From Mustelus asterias (taxonomy: Eukaryota), in contig NC_135803.1 of the NCBI RefSeq assembly GCF_964213995.1, positions 66,650,001 to 66,714,000 on the forward strand: a DNA stretch of 64,000 bases, read 5' to 3'. Each line of letters begins with the position of its first letter. Within the stretch, counting starts at the first letter, position 1. A program made the position numbers and the translations under genes. Below are positions 1 to 12,428 of this stretch, in pieces. The notes under the pieces are model-generated. The model did no database searches and was not told the DNA's origin. It was given only the letters and a program-made list of their open reading frames with translations.

Positions 1-340
1 TGATCCCCATCAGATGAATCTGTCAGCTGCTTATTTGCTTCTTTGTGAAACCATCTCAATTAGAGGTAGTTTCCAGTGCTGGCATATAGGGAGGGAAAAA
101 ATTGACACCGCTCCCCTGACCGCTCCGACCCTTCTCGGCTGTCAATTTCCCTCTAACTAGCAACAGATTTGCTCTCAATGGATTCCCCGCATCGCAGCCA
201 ATGTAAGGGGGTAGTCCATTCAGAAGTTGGGCAGGACGGTACGAGTTTGCCGCACACAGGAGTATTGACAACAAACGCTTTCAGCAGGGGAAAAGTGGGC
301 ACGGATCTCTATGCCCAAACTAGACAATTACTGTGCATCT

Positions 341-436
341 TCTTGGACATAAAGGGAATCAAGGGATATGGGGAGAGGGTGGAGCAGAGGCTGAAAATCA
401 GTCATAATCTTATGAAATAGTGGAGCAGATTCGAGC
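341..436 (+). mobile_element. CR1 LINE 3' end remnant
   Basis: Reads FLDIKGIKGYGE then a 3' UTR-like stretch, matching the C-terminus of the CR1 ORF at 58700 (FLIGKGIKGYGD). Confidence 0.7.
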
Positions 437-960
437 AGTTGTCATATGTGCTTTTAATCATGAAGTTTATTAAGCTCCTCTTCTCCCCTACCATCCCATA
501 ACTAAACTGAACTATCCAGTTTCAAAACTGAATAGTTAACTACTTGAGTCATAAGCACTAGTTACGCTTTGGGCTGCCATGCAGGTGCCAAGCTTATAAC
601 CTCCTTCATCCTCACACCCTGCCTCCACAAAGTGTATCAAGCCTCTGATGGGTGGGTCCAAAATCAGTCTAAAACCTTTTCAAAACTATTGCTGAATTGG
701 TTTGGATTCATGTACAAATAAATTACAAAATAATTTCATTAACTAAACTATGGGGGTCAAGTTTCCATGCTGGATGCAACTCGCAATCCAGGTACGAGTT
801 GCTCCCATTCTTTTTCCTAAAGTTTCTGTTCAAATGCAATTCTTCTCATATAAAATCTGCCAATCTATGTGGGACAGCATTTTAAATGTAATATTAAAAT
901 ATCTAGTTTAAAAAAACTGAGTGTACTCAGTGTAGTTTGATTAATATTGCTTTATTCTTT

Positions 961-1621
961 CATGTGACTGGCAAGGCCAGCATTTGTTATGTGGTTTGCT
1001 AGGCCATTTCAGAGGGCATTTAAGAGTCAACCATATTGCTGTGGGTCTGGAGTCACATGTAGGCCAGACTGGGTGAGGACGGCAGATTTCCTTCCCTGAA
1101 GGACATTAGTGAACCAATCATAGAATCCCTACAGTACAGAAAGAGGCCATTCAGCCCATCGAGTCTGCACCGACCACAATCCCACCCAGGCCCTACCCCC
1201 ATATCCCTACATATTTTACCCGCTAATCCCTCTAACCTACGCATCCCAGGAAACTAAGGGGCAATTTTAGCATGGCCAATCAACCTAACCCGCACATCTT
1301 TGGACTGTGGGAGGAAACCGGAGCACCCGGAGGAAACCCACGCAGACACGAGGAGAATATGCAAACTCCACACACACAGTGACCCAAGCCGGGAATCGAA
1401 CCCAGGTCCTTGGAGCTGTGAAGCAGCAGTGCTAACCACTGTGCTACTGTGCCACCCAGATGGGTTTTTATGACAAACAAGAATTGATTCATGGTCATCT
1501 TCAGTGAGACTAGCTTTATATTCCAGATTTATTAGGTGAATTCAAATTCCACCAGCTACCAGAGAGGGATTTGAACCTATGTCTCCAGAGCATTAGCCTG
1601 GGCCTCTAGATTACTAGGCCC
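961..1621 (-). mobile_element. tRNA-derived SINE (family B), split by an HE1 insertion
   Basis: Reverse complement of the intact copy at 50803-51156 (ctggttcactaa.gtccttcagggaaggaaatctgccgtcct); breaks at gaacca (1116) and resumes at ccagatggg (~1456). Confidence 0.85.
1117..1456 (-). mobile_element. HE1-type V-SINE, CR1-type tail
   Basis: tRNA head with A/B boxes (tggcacagtggttagc / ggttcgattcc), V-domain gtggagtttgca...ggtttcctccgggtgctccgg, tctatgat tail. Confidence 0.95.
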
Positions 1622-1630
1622 GCTCACACC

Positions 1631-1716
1631 GGTGGGATCTTCTGAGTTTCCAGGCAGCGAAAGGTGCATTTAAATGGGAAATCCCATTGACAATGACGGG
1701 ACCAGAAGACCCTGCC
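1631..1716. mobile_element. Short MITE-like inverted-repeat element
   Basis: Imperfect TIRs ggtgggatcttct ... agaagaccctgcc. Confidence 0.55.
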
Positions 1717-1763
1717 CCCACTCCGTCACTGTTTCCCCTGAAACTGAGTTGATCAGGGACCAC

Positions 1764-2098
1764 GGGGCGGCACGGTGGCACAGTGGTTAGCACTGCTGCC
1801 TCATAGCTCCAGGGACCCGGGTTTGATTCCCGGTTTGGGTCACTATCTGCGTGGAGTTTGCACATTCTCCCCATGTCTGCGTGGGTTTCCGTTGGGTGTT
1901 CCGGTTTCCTCCACAGTCCAAAGATGTGCGGGTCAGGTGCATTGGCCATGCTAAATTGCCCCTGAGTAGGGATGCATAGGTTAGAGGGATTAGCGGGTTA
2001 TATATGTGGAGTTACGGGGATAAGGCCTGGGTGGGATTGTGGTCGGTGAATATGGGCTGAATGGCCTCCTTCTGCACTGTAGGGTTTCTATGATTCTC
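1764..2098 (+). mobile_element. HE1-type V-SINE, CR1-type tail
   Basis: tRNA head, V-domain, gggctgaatggcctccttctgcactgtaggg tail. Confidence 0.95.
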
Positions 2099-3351
2099 TG
2101 ACTCTCCCCTTTAATAAATTCTATAGTCCTATCGCCTGGCTGAAAGAACTATTCTTCCAGCCCAAGAAATTCACAATTTGGGTGCTAAAGAACTCAACTT
2201 TGGCAGATCGTCACTATAATGCTGAGTCCTGTGGGTGCTGTGTAAATAAAATTTTCTCTTACGACCATATCACAATTTGTTTTCTCTATATAGTTGAGAT
2301 TTTTGAAATAATGTCATTTTGGACTTGGTTGCAACTGGAGAACAAAATAGCAAACGTTGAGATCAGCATTTGAACATCTGTAATGCATTTGAATCCAGGT
2401 GCACATTGCCATAATCTGCTCTGGTCTGATCTTAATGATTTTATCAATTGACAGCCTATGACTTTGGACAAGTGCTATGGTTGCACGCAGATACACACAC
2501 CAGTCATTACCAGCCTGGAATTAACTTAATTAGCATTATTCACAGGACCCTCAGTTCCAATCGGCTGTAAGGTTTGGACCAAGTCCAGGTTTATAGCCAT
2601 TGATGCGCGCTGGATTCAGGAGTCAATGCCAGCAAAAACATTGCTGGCTGTCATCCCTTCTCCAGCCTGCATGACACCACTTCTACATGGGTCACTTTTC
2701 CAGCTCTTTGTAACACTGTGCCCGATTGTTCATTCAGAGCTCGGTAAGCGGAGTGTGGGCCTCCTGCATTGATGCACACTTTCCCACCGACCGAAAAATG
2801 GCACCGGACAAAGAGCTTTGTAAATCGGCAAAAGGAAGGAATTCCAAATGGGGATAATTGCTCCGGCAGAGTCGCTTACAGCCAGGATTTGTGGTTCCCT
2901 CTAGATGGCCAATAACAAATACAAATAATGGCAGAATTAAAGCTTTTAAAAGGGGCTGTCAAGTGCTCAAAGCAGAGGCAACTGCTAATTTAAGGCCATT
3001 GAGTAAAGTTCGATGCTGTAGGCAGTTAGCACAGCAAGCTGCAATCTACTGCCTTTAATAAACGTAAATAAGGCTGATTGTTACTGGCACAGTGAATTTG
3101 CTTTGCTGCAGATTAGAGGCTCTGGGCTCGCAGATCAGCTAGTGAGCCGACACCAGTTCATAGAGAAACACTGTTCAAACCCTTCCGTGCAGAAAGATTC
3201 ATGCACAGTTGATGCTGCAGGTTAAGCTGTGTTACAGAGCTGGTGGAATTAGCTAATTCATCCGTCATTCTGTCAGACAGCAACATATCTCCCAGGGTGA
3301 GGGCGTGGGTGTTGGAAGAGGAATGGAAACTTAGTATGTGAATAAAACCAC

Positions 3352-3720
3352 GGGTGGCATGGTGGCAGTGGTTAGCACTGCTGCCTCACAGCGCCAGGGA
3401 CCCAGGTTCAATTCCGGCTTCGGGTGGCTGTCTTTGTGGAGTTTGAACATTCTCCTCGTGCCTGCGTGGGTTTCCCGCGGGTTCTCCGCTTTCCTCCCAC
3501 AGTCCAAAGATGTGCAGGTTCGGTGAATTGGCCATGCTGAATTGCCCCAGTGCCCAAAGATGTGTAGTTCAGGTGGATTAGCTATGGTAAATGCAGAGTT
3601 CCAGGGATAGGGCAGAGAGGAGAATCTGGGTGGGATGCTCTTTCGGAGGATCGGTGCAGACTCGATGGGCTGAATGGCCTCTTTTAGCACTGTAGGGATT
3701 CTATGATTCCATAAGATTCC
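3352..3720 (+). mobile_element. HE1-type V-SINE, CR1-type tail
   Basis: tRNA head, V-domain, tail ending ctatgattcc. Confidence 0.95.
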
Positions 3721-3829
3721 ACTGACAATGGAGCTGCATCCTTACATTGGTAAGTGCTGCTCATGGAGCTGTCAGTTGCACAGGAAGAGTGCAAGGAGGA
3801 ATCTGCAGTGGTAAAGGCCTAGTTACTGC

Positions 3830-4211
3830 CAGGGTGCCCATGCCCAGGGGGCACCACCCACCCACTGCCCGACCCCCTGGGGAGCCCTGATTGCCCCCCT
3901 TTCACTCTGGCGGGGTCTCCTGCTAGTTCCCCAAATGTGGGGAGCTACTCTAAACCCTGCCAGAGTGAAGTACTCCTGGTGGGGTGGGAAATGCTATCGG
4001 GCCCAGCAGGTTCCATACCGGGCCCGATAATCACATGTAAACTACATTTAAAATATATTTAAAACAGATTTAAATCACTTACCTCTCTTCCCACCAGTTT
4101 CCAGCGCACTCCCAACTGCGACTGTTCCCTGGCTCTGCAAAATGACTAACACGCGATTCTCCCGACGGACCCGCCAGAAAATATGCGGGTCGCAATGGGA
4201 GAATCACCCAC
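3830..4211. mobile_element. Fragment of GC-rich non-autonomous TIR element
   Basis: GC-rich tgccc motifs; ends ggagaatcaccc like other TIR elements in the window. Confidence 0.5.
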
Positions 4212-5618
4212 AACATTTCTAATTTCACTTGTCCTCTTGAGGCCGTGCTGTTCGGAGAGGTGACTATTTAGCACAACTGGAGCAGGCAACAAAAATACAT
4301 GCAAAATAGTTTTGTCCATTGATCGAGTGATCAGAGCCTCAATGTGGAGCAAAAATATGGTCACACCAATCACAAAGGCGCATTTGTTAATTTAAAAATG
4401 CTTCACTTTAAGCTGTAAAATCACCAGCTACACTTGTCATGCAGAGAGTATTCAAAGAGTATGGGTATAGGGCCACAATATTTATAGCCCAGATTCCCTC
4501 ACCCACAGTCTGCAGAGGGCAGCCCCTCGCTGAAAACATAAGATTGAAAGGGATATTAATTTGATGGTCAGCCATGATCAAAAGAAATGGCAGTTCAGGC
4601 TCAAAGGGCTGAATGGCCTTCTCCTGCTTCTAATTTCCATGTTTCTAAGCTTGGTCAATTTGCCCAAAGATGCACATTCACTACCCAGAACTATGACACC
4701 ATTGAGTGGTGAGAGTTTAGCACGACAATGACTGGATTCGTACGACATTGGTAAGAATTCAACTGTCTATAGGCAGGCACCAACACAGTGTTGCACCCAT
4801 CCTTAGCCTGCAGACGGTGCAGGATTAGGAAGACTAAATAGAAGATTAAAGTTGTGCCAGGCAATATAGTAGATCAAAGCAATTCATGAATCAAATCATG
4901 CAGTTTGCTAACCATTAGACAATGATGCAAAAATGACACGCGACTTCACAAAACACAAGTTGCTGGACAGAAACCCCACAATATTGCAGGCCAGTACTTG
5001 CAAAATGATAAAGGGACCATATGGGGCAATGCCAATATTGCATTCTAAACAATGCATGTCATATCAGAAGCCCTGCAACTCCTGTCAAAGCTGCTCTCTG
5101 CTCTGCTTTCGATTCCCATTAATAACAACTGCAAAAAGCTTTCATTGGTTTTGAACACCAAGTGCCGATGACAGTGAGTAAATTCAATTAATGGAGGCAC
5201 AATATCTGAAAGACTGAAGGAGCTGATTGTTAGCAGTTAGTCATTAACCAAGGTAATTGCAGAGAACATATCATTTCAACTTGAGTGTTGTTCATTTAGC
5301 TCCTCTGCTCAATCAGGCTCACACTCTCAAAACACACAAAAGCTCCTTTTCTTCAAAAAGAATTCCGCAGGGAAAGAAAAAAGTAATATGCTAATCATGA
5401 TTGTTCTGAAGTACTCAATTATTAAAGGCGTTCTAATGATAGGACGTCATTTCCACGTCGATGATTTAATCTTCTCACTCTTTTCCAAGATGCTGATGGC
5501 AATCTGAGCAACTGACTGGACAAAAGTTATTTGTGTGAGAAGGAAGAAATGCGTCTCTTAACAGACTCTTCTTGATGTTTTTCTTCCCAGGAAGGACTGT
5601 CACATGAAATTAGATATA

Positions 5619-5747
5619 GGCCAGAATTCTCCGATGCCCTGCCACTGCTGCCCGTGAGAACGGAGAACTTGGCACTCAGCCAAATCTCCATTCATTGCAG
5701 TGGGACCGGAGAAGCACAGCCACGGGCGAGGTTGGAGAATTCCAGCC
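5619..5747. mobile_element. MITE, PIF/Harbinger-like
   Basis: 14-bp TIRs ggccagaattctcc / ggagaattccagcc (12/14 match), flanked by ATA on both sides. Confidence 0.75.
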
Positions 5748-6756
5748 ATAAACTTTACTTCAAGTGGACTGAAGAATATAATCTTAAAAACTGCTGTTAG
5801 TGCACTCCAGGGATAAATGGGCAATCTAGGGTTGGCAACATACAAGGTGCAGCATACGAGGTGAGTCGGGAATGTTGAATATTCTTGCATTTAAGTCCTG
5901 CATTGTGCAAATTGCCACCTTATTCTCTCAGTTAGAAGCTACTGATGACTGAAGCACTGTTCTTGTACAGGTGAAATGGCTGTTGCAGATGAGCCAGGTT
6001 CTCACTCAGAAAGACGAGATTGTTTCTCCTGCCTTGCCGATGGCACATCCACCAAAATGAGGATGGTGTTCTGTACTGCCCAGCACTTGGCTTGTGGAGG
6101 AGAATGAACAAAAGCAGTTTATGACAGTCACATGCTATTGGGTGGCAGTGAAGACATCGGACTAGAAATTGGATTGTTCATGAACTGGCACATGATCCTG
6201 GTGCACATGGCAAGACCTTGGCAAACTGACCTGTCCATCCCATTTGAATGGTACCAACATTCTTGATGCCAGAGAAAGTTCACTGGTGGCAGGTGTGTAG
6301 TAAAACTAGCTGGTCAAGGGTCTGAGGAGGGGCAGGGTGAGACATTGAGGGGCAGGGGGTTGGTGCAGGGATGGTGCAGCAGGGAGGCAAGCTGTGGCTG
6401 ACAATGGGCTTATTGTCAAGTAAAGGGAGTAGCTGCCTTTCAGAAGGCTGACTCTGGTGGTCCCTTTAAGGAGTGGTCTGGCTAATAAGGGTCTGAGGAA
6501 AGGATTTTTGTGGCTTTTGCAACCTAAAGTGCCATTAAAGAGGACTGAATTTATCTTGATATAGATGATAATTTAAAATAAATTCTGTAAATACAACAAA
6601 GCAAAGTGGGAAGACGCTGATGATCTGTGCAGAGCAGTGATAAATTTAAGTCCTTATAAAGATGGATGTTGACATACTTTGAGACCATGGGGATCAGAAC
6701 ACACAGCACAATGGTTTAGCTGTAAACATATGCTTTTAAAACGTCTTTGGACGTCG

Positions 6757-7017
6757 GGAAAAAGATATAAAAGTCTGACGTCACGTACCAACCGACTCAA
6801 GAACAGCTCCTTTGCTGCTGCCACCAGGCATTTGAATGGACCTACCTTGCACTAAGTTGATCTTTCTCTACACCCTAGCTACGACGGTAACACCACATTC
6901 TCCACTCTCTCCTTTCCTTCTCTACAAACAGTATGCTTTGTCTGTATAGCGTGCAAGAAACAATACTTTTCACTGTATACAAATACATGTGACAATAATA
7001 AATCAAATCAAAATCAA
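6757..7017 (+). mobile_element. Rex1/Babar LINE 3' end
   Basis: KRYKSLTSRTNRLKNSSFAAATRHLN, 3' UTR shared with 16071-16438, (aaatc)n tail. Confidence 0.85.
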
Positions 7018-8152
7018 TAGCCTGAAAATAAAGCCCAAGGCTTTAATTTAATTGCCATTTCAAGTAAAAATAATTCATTTTTAAAAATTAACCATGTTTA
7101 AAATATGCAAAACAAATATTTTGTGTGTATGTGTACAAATTAACAGAATGTGACCTGTATTATTCAGCAGATAACCTATATGCAATAGTGGACTGATAGT
7201 TCACAGATTTGTTTTGTTCATCACCCATGTTAAATGCCAGCTGTGACTGCATTAAAAATTAATTGGAAATATGAAATACCAGCACAAAATAAAAGCCATC
7301 TGTCAGGCAACTGAAGCAAGCAGGGGACCATCTCGATGTGATATCAATGTGGAAAAGCTCCGTGAAGAGAGAGAGTAACATTCGCCTGAGATGTTACCAC
7401 CCACAAAGGCAGACCGATGCCATCTGACAGTTTGATTCCTATTCACCGTGTGTTCTTGGAAGGGTGACACAGTGCCATCAGAAACAGAAAGGTGGGGGGG
7501 GGGGGGATGGGGTAGGGAGGGAGAGGGAAGTAAAATCGGAACTCTTTTCAAGTTCAAACTCCTCTTGCTGTCTTTTTAATGCAGTAATAATGGTCTAAAC
7601 AATACCACCTGTTCCAGTCTTGAGAGCAAGACCTTTGAGGGCTTTGAGAGGGTGAAAGGCTGGATTCTTTCCTTAAACTGGAGCAGCAATTTCTGTAGGT
7701 CATCTGCAGGAAGATTCTCAATTACATCTTAGAGGCAGAAATACATCATTCAAATATTGCGTTTTATTGGAAAATATAATGCTTCATAAATTTCATTGCA
7801 AAACTTCTATAACTGCAAATCAAATAAAACTAAAGACATTTAGACAAAAAAGAGGTTCTCTTTAACTTACTGCTGAGCAAGTTCCTCATAAGGAAAATCT
7901 GAACTGCTTACGTTAGTTAATATAATGTTCAGGTTTGATTGGAGAGCTTTTAAAAAGTGGCATAATGAAGATGATCAATGCAATTTCCTGAGAAAATTCT
8001 CATCTCTCGTTACTGACTTCATTTATAGTCATGAGTTGAAAGCCTGGAACTCTCCTCGAGATGTGGAGATGCCGGCGTTGGACTGGGGTGAACACGGTAA
8101 GAAGTCCCACAACACCAGGTTAAAGTCTAACAGGTTTATTTGGTAGCAAATA

Positions 8153-8189
8153 CCATAAGCTTTCGGAGCACTGCTCCTTCGTCAGATGG
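8153..8189 (-). ncRNA. Minimal type-I hammerhead ribozyme motif (mirror copy)
   Basis: Exact reverse complement of 8236-8272. Confidence 0.75.
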
Positions 8190-8235
8190 AGTGGAAATGT
8201 GCTCTGTTTGCACTGTTTGAGAGCACATTTCCACT

Positions 8236-8272
8236 CCATCTGACGAAGGAGCAGTGCTCCGAAAGCTTATGG
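8236..8272 (+). ncRNA. Minimal type-I hammerhead ribozyme motif
   Basis: ccat-CUGACGA-a-ggagc(agu)gcucc-GAAA-gc-UU-augg: stem I ccat/atgg, stem II ggagc/gctcc, palindromic AAGCUU stem III. Confidence 0.78.
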
Positions 8273-8468
8273 TATTTGCTACCAAATAAACCTGTTGGAC
8301 TTTAACCTGGTGTTGTGACTCTCCTCGAGGCCAGCTTCAGCAAGCAGACTGCAGAGTTAAAGGTGGTGATGTGCCACCTCCTTCTCAGGGGCAACAGACA
8401 ACAGGCAATAAATACTAGCCTTACAACTGACACCTCTGTCTCCGGAACGAATAGTTCATAAACACAAT

Positions 8469-9590
8469 GTGTGGGATTTTCCCAACTTTTGTCAGAGTGT
8501 CAGGTTCAGACTGAAAGCCAGAGTGCATCTCTCCAGATGCACAGCCAAGGTTTTCACCCTGGATTTTCCGGCATTCAGTGCATAGGGAACCTGGGGGTTT
8601 GGTTTGCACCATCACTCTGGCAGGGCGGGGCCTGATAGAGCCGACAAGGCCTGCTCCATAGAGACTGGGATGACATCTTTAAAGGGCGGCTGAACCGCGC
8701 TAAAAATAAACTCATTCCCATGGACATTGAGGACCCCCACTCCCCGATAAGAATTGAGCCACTCCTGCTTACCCTCCCCAGGCATCAGGCAACCCACCAT
8801 CCTGAGGCACCTGGCATCCCCTGAAGCATCATGGCATTCCCCATCACCCTCCCCAGCATCTGGACAACCCATGCCCCAGAGCAACACCACCCCCCCATGA
8901 CATTGCGGCTATCCCTTCCCCCAAGCATCGGGATGACCACCCCCTTTCTCTATACCTCCCCCCCCCTCCACTAGCATTGGAGCACTCCCCACCCCCATCC
9001 CAACACCTCCCCCAGGCATCGGGGTAACCACTCCAAATGGTATCGAGGCAACCCACCCCCCCAGACATCAGACCCACCTACCCCCTCACAGCCATCAGAC
9101 CTACACCATTCCCTCTCCCCTCCCACACCCCACCACACCCCCCCCCCCCACCCCACCCCCCTGCTGCCAGTGCATCAGGACATACTTCCCTCCACCACGC
9201 CTAATATGAATCCTCCCAATGGGGCTCCCCAGATGGCCTGCCTGTGGCACTGCCCGGTTGGGAGGGGGCAGTGCCAGCACACTGTCTGGGCATATCCCTC
9301 ACCACCTGTGGGCTATACCTACCTGCGCACCCCAGAGTGGTCAAAACCAGAACTAAGATGCACCGGCGTGATGTCACGGTGGCTGGATGGGACAATACAA
9401 TGAAGGCTGAAGTAGCACTGTTAATTCCACAAATATTATTCAAATATATTATAAAATATGCTAATCAGGTACACGCCCTTCCTGCCAAGGGGGTCTGGGA
9501 AGATTGCATTTGGAAATCTCACCGGCGTAAATCCTGTTTTTGGCCTCTTACAAGGTTTAGTGGCCATTACGTGATTTGCACCCATGGCTA
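8469..9590. mobile_element. GC-rich non-autonomous TIR (Harbinger-like) element
   Basis: Starts gtgggattttccc (TIR type seen inverted at ~24935); central C-rich repetitive tract; ggcactgccc/gggcagtgcc motifs. Confidence 0.55.
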
Positions 9591-9827
9591 GCTCCCCCAA
9601 TTGATGAACCATCGCAATCCATAATGTTCTGAATTCCATGTGCTGCGTGTGGTCCTATCGCATCAGTTAGTGCATCAATATTCTGCATCACAGAATGGAA
9701 GGACAAAGCAGCCAGTTTGGAAGAGCCTGACCTACATGTTACTTTTCAGCAATGCAATTCAGGATATACATAGTGAAAGATGCCACTTTTACTGTCCAAT
9801 TAGCACAAAAAGGAGAACAAAGGGATT

Positions 9828-10120
9828 GGGTAGCGCGGTGGCGCAGTGGTTAGCACTGCTGCTTCACAGCACTAGGGACCCAGATTCGATTCCCGGCTTG
9901 GGTCACTGCCTGTGCGGAGTCTGCATGTTCACCCCACGTCTGCATGGCTTTCCTCCGGGTATTCCAGTTTCCTTTCACAGTCCAAAAGACGTGCTGGTTA
10001 GGTGCATTGGCTGATCTAAATTCTACCCGAACGGGCGCTGGAGTGTGGCGACTAGGAGATTTTCACAGTAACTTCATTGCAGTGTTAATGTAAAACTACT
10101 TGTGACACTAACAAATAAAA
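9828..10120 (+). mobile_element. V-SINE, alternative (Rex-like) tail
   Basis: HE1 head and V-domain, then ttttcacagtaacttcattgcagtgttaatgtaa...cttgtgacactaa tail. Confidence 0.93.
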
Positions 10121-11210
10121 GCAAATAAGGGACACATAAGAGAGTCAAAAGAGAAAGAACAGCAAGGTAGTTGTGATAAAATAATTGCTTGGGAAAGGGC
10201 ACATTTATCAGGAAGCAGTAATGAGTTGACACAAGGAGAAAGCACCCATTAATATTAAGATTGTTGTTGATGAAGTGGATTAGCAACATAACATGAAATC
10301 ATTGTGCCAATTATCATCGATGTAGTTTTTGACTGCTGCAGACTTGATATCTTATGATGGCAGAGACCTATTACTTCCTCTTGAAGAGAAATGGGTCAAA
10401 AACTGAGTCATCCCGTGCTGATAGTGTACTGTCGTGAGTGACTAGTGTAGATTAGCAAACATTTCAGAGCAGGTGATCAATGACCTGTTGCTTTAAGAAT
10501 GCCGGGCATTGCCACGGCCTGTCTAGCTGCTACAGGTAATCAACATGCTTTGTAAAAAAACAAAGAAAGAGAGAACAGGCTCAAACCAGCTATAGCGAGC
10601 ATGGAGTAGGATCTAACCTCCATAAGTTAAAGTTTATGCTATTCCTTCATTAATATGTCTCATAAATGGTAAAGTCCATGAGACGTTGCACCAGGGCTTC
10701 AACTACTGAGGGGCAGGTTGGATGGAAAATTGGTGCACTAAATCACTTCCAGAAGCAGCAAAATGTCAAATTCTGCACATAAATAAAAACATTTAACCTG
10801 AGAGGAGCAAAGACGGCTATAAATTCAGAACAGTTTGGAAATGAATGCAGTGATGCTGTGCAAACTGAATTAACACCAGGTCATGTGTTGAAAAATAATT
10901 TTTACCCGTCAACAAAGGTGCAAATTCCAAAAGATTTTCAGTACTCTAAAAGGGTTAATCTGCACTATTTAATTTTAGTGAAGTATTCCAATGACAAAAA
11001 AGTTGTTTTCAGTATTTATTTTCTTGCAGGTCACAGCTGTTGTGAGGAGCTTACCTTGGGCATTCTCTTTTTGTGGAATCTGATTGCACCTTAGCAAATG
11101 AAGATGTTGAAAGGGTCTGGCCTTCCATTATTTTTGCATCCAAAATATACATTTTTTAAACTGATTTATTCAATATTTATCAGAAAGTTCACAAATACTT
11201 ATGTTAATTT

Positions 11211-11530
11211 ATAGAATCCATAGAATCTCTACAGTGCAGAAGGAGGCCATTCGGCCTATCGAGTCTGCAATTACCACAATCCTACCCAGCTCCTATCCTC
11301 ATAGCCCCACATATTTACTCTGCTAATCCCCCCGACACTAAGTGGCAATTTAGCATGGCCAATCCACCTCATCCGCACATCTTTGGACTGTGGGAGGAAA
11401 CCGGAGCACCCGGAGTAAACCCACACAGACACGGGGAGAATGTGCAAACTCCACACTGGCAGTGACCCAAGCCGGGAATCGAACCTGGATCCCTGGCGCT
11501 GTGAGGCAGTGGTGCTAACCACTGTGCTGC
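11211..11530 (-). mobile_element. HE1-type V-SINE, CR1-type tail
   Basis: tRNA head, V-domain, atagaatc tail repeats. Confidence 0.95.
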
Positions 11531-11994
11531 AAAATATTGCAGTTTAACAAAAATTATTTTTCTGAAGTCAAGGATTCATACTGAGCATTGGTCCTCCATG
11601 CAGCATCAAGATATCTGGTTTCTTCTTCGGGTGATCTATCTTCAGTAACAGAATGGGAGAGGCCCAGATCCACCTGCGCAAGTGTAACAAAGTAGGATCC
11701 CCGTGCTCTCCATCCCAAACCGTGGTAATTTGAATGGTCAGGGGAGGTGCATCACGCTTGCAAGGGCATATCCACCTGGCTCATACTGCTCTGTTCCATC
11801 CAGCAGTGCTGGATCCTCCACTCAGGGTTGGCATGTGTTTCTGAGATATGTTGAGGGCAGCCAGCTTAGGTGAAATTTCCCAAGGAAGCTCAGGAATTCA
11901 CCCATAGTTAGTGTTGAAACATCGAGTCTGGGTGGAAGATCCACACTTTCCTTTCCTCCACCCCTCCATCATTGGAATTTGATTTTTTCATGGA

Positions 11995-12428
11995 ACGTTG
12001 CCCATCTCTAAGTGCCCTTGAGAAGGTAATGGTGAGCCACCTTCTTGAACTGCTGCAGTCCATTCACCCACAATGGTGTTAGGGAGGGAGTTCCAGGATT
12101 TTGACTCAATGACAATGAAAGAACAGTGATACAGTCGGAATTAAGGTAGGAATGCGACTTGGCAGGAACTTGCAAGTGCTGGTGCGCCCATGCATCTGCT
12201 GCCCTTGTCCTTCAGGGTGGTGGAGGTTGTGGATTTGGAAGGTGCTGTCGAAGGAGACTTGATGAGTTGTGGCAGTGCACCTTGTAGATGGTACACATTG
12301 TTGCCATTGTGCATCAATGGCAGAGGGAATGGATGTTGAAGTTGAGTGCAGCATTAGTCAAATGGGCTGTATTTTCCTGGATAGTTTTGAGCTTCTTGAG
12401 TGTTGTTGGAGTTGCACTCATCCAAGCC
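11995..12428 (-). mobile_element. CR1/L2-group LINE 3' portion
   Basis: Minus frame AWMSATPTTLKKL...TIYKVHCHNSSSLLRQHLPNPQP; homologous to 27225-27690. Confidence 0.8.

Larger units (their letters stand above)
8061..8317. mobile_element. Non-coding PLE-derived palindromic element with 12-bp TSD
   Basis: Inverted arms 8108-8205 / 8220-8317 (97/98 identical), 14-nt spacer; TSD actctcctcgag at 8049-8060 and 8318-8329; arms homologous to the terminus of the GIY-YIG PLE at 59695. Confidence 0.92.
8020..8440 (+). mobile_element. CR1/L2-group LINE 3' end, host of the PLE palindrome
   Basis: cctggaact...cttctcaggggcaa...ggcaataaatactagcc resembles the 3' end of 27225-27690. Confidence 0.6.

Noticed and set aside
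1764-1845. tRNA-like heads with A/B boxes
   Set aside because: They are SINE heads continuing into the V-domain; no standalone tRNA gene supported
8108-8317. Hairpin as pre-miRNA, terminator or DNA-transposon MITE
   Set aside because: Arms are PLE termini, the unit is asymmetric (47 extra bp on one side), and a 12-bp TSD fits PLE insertion
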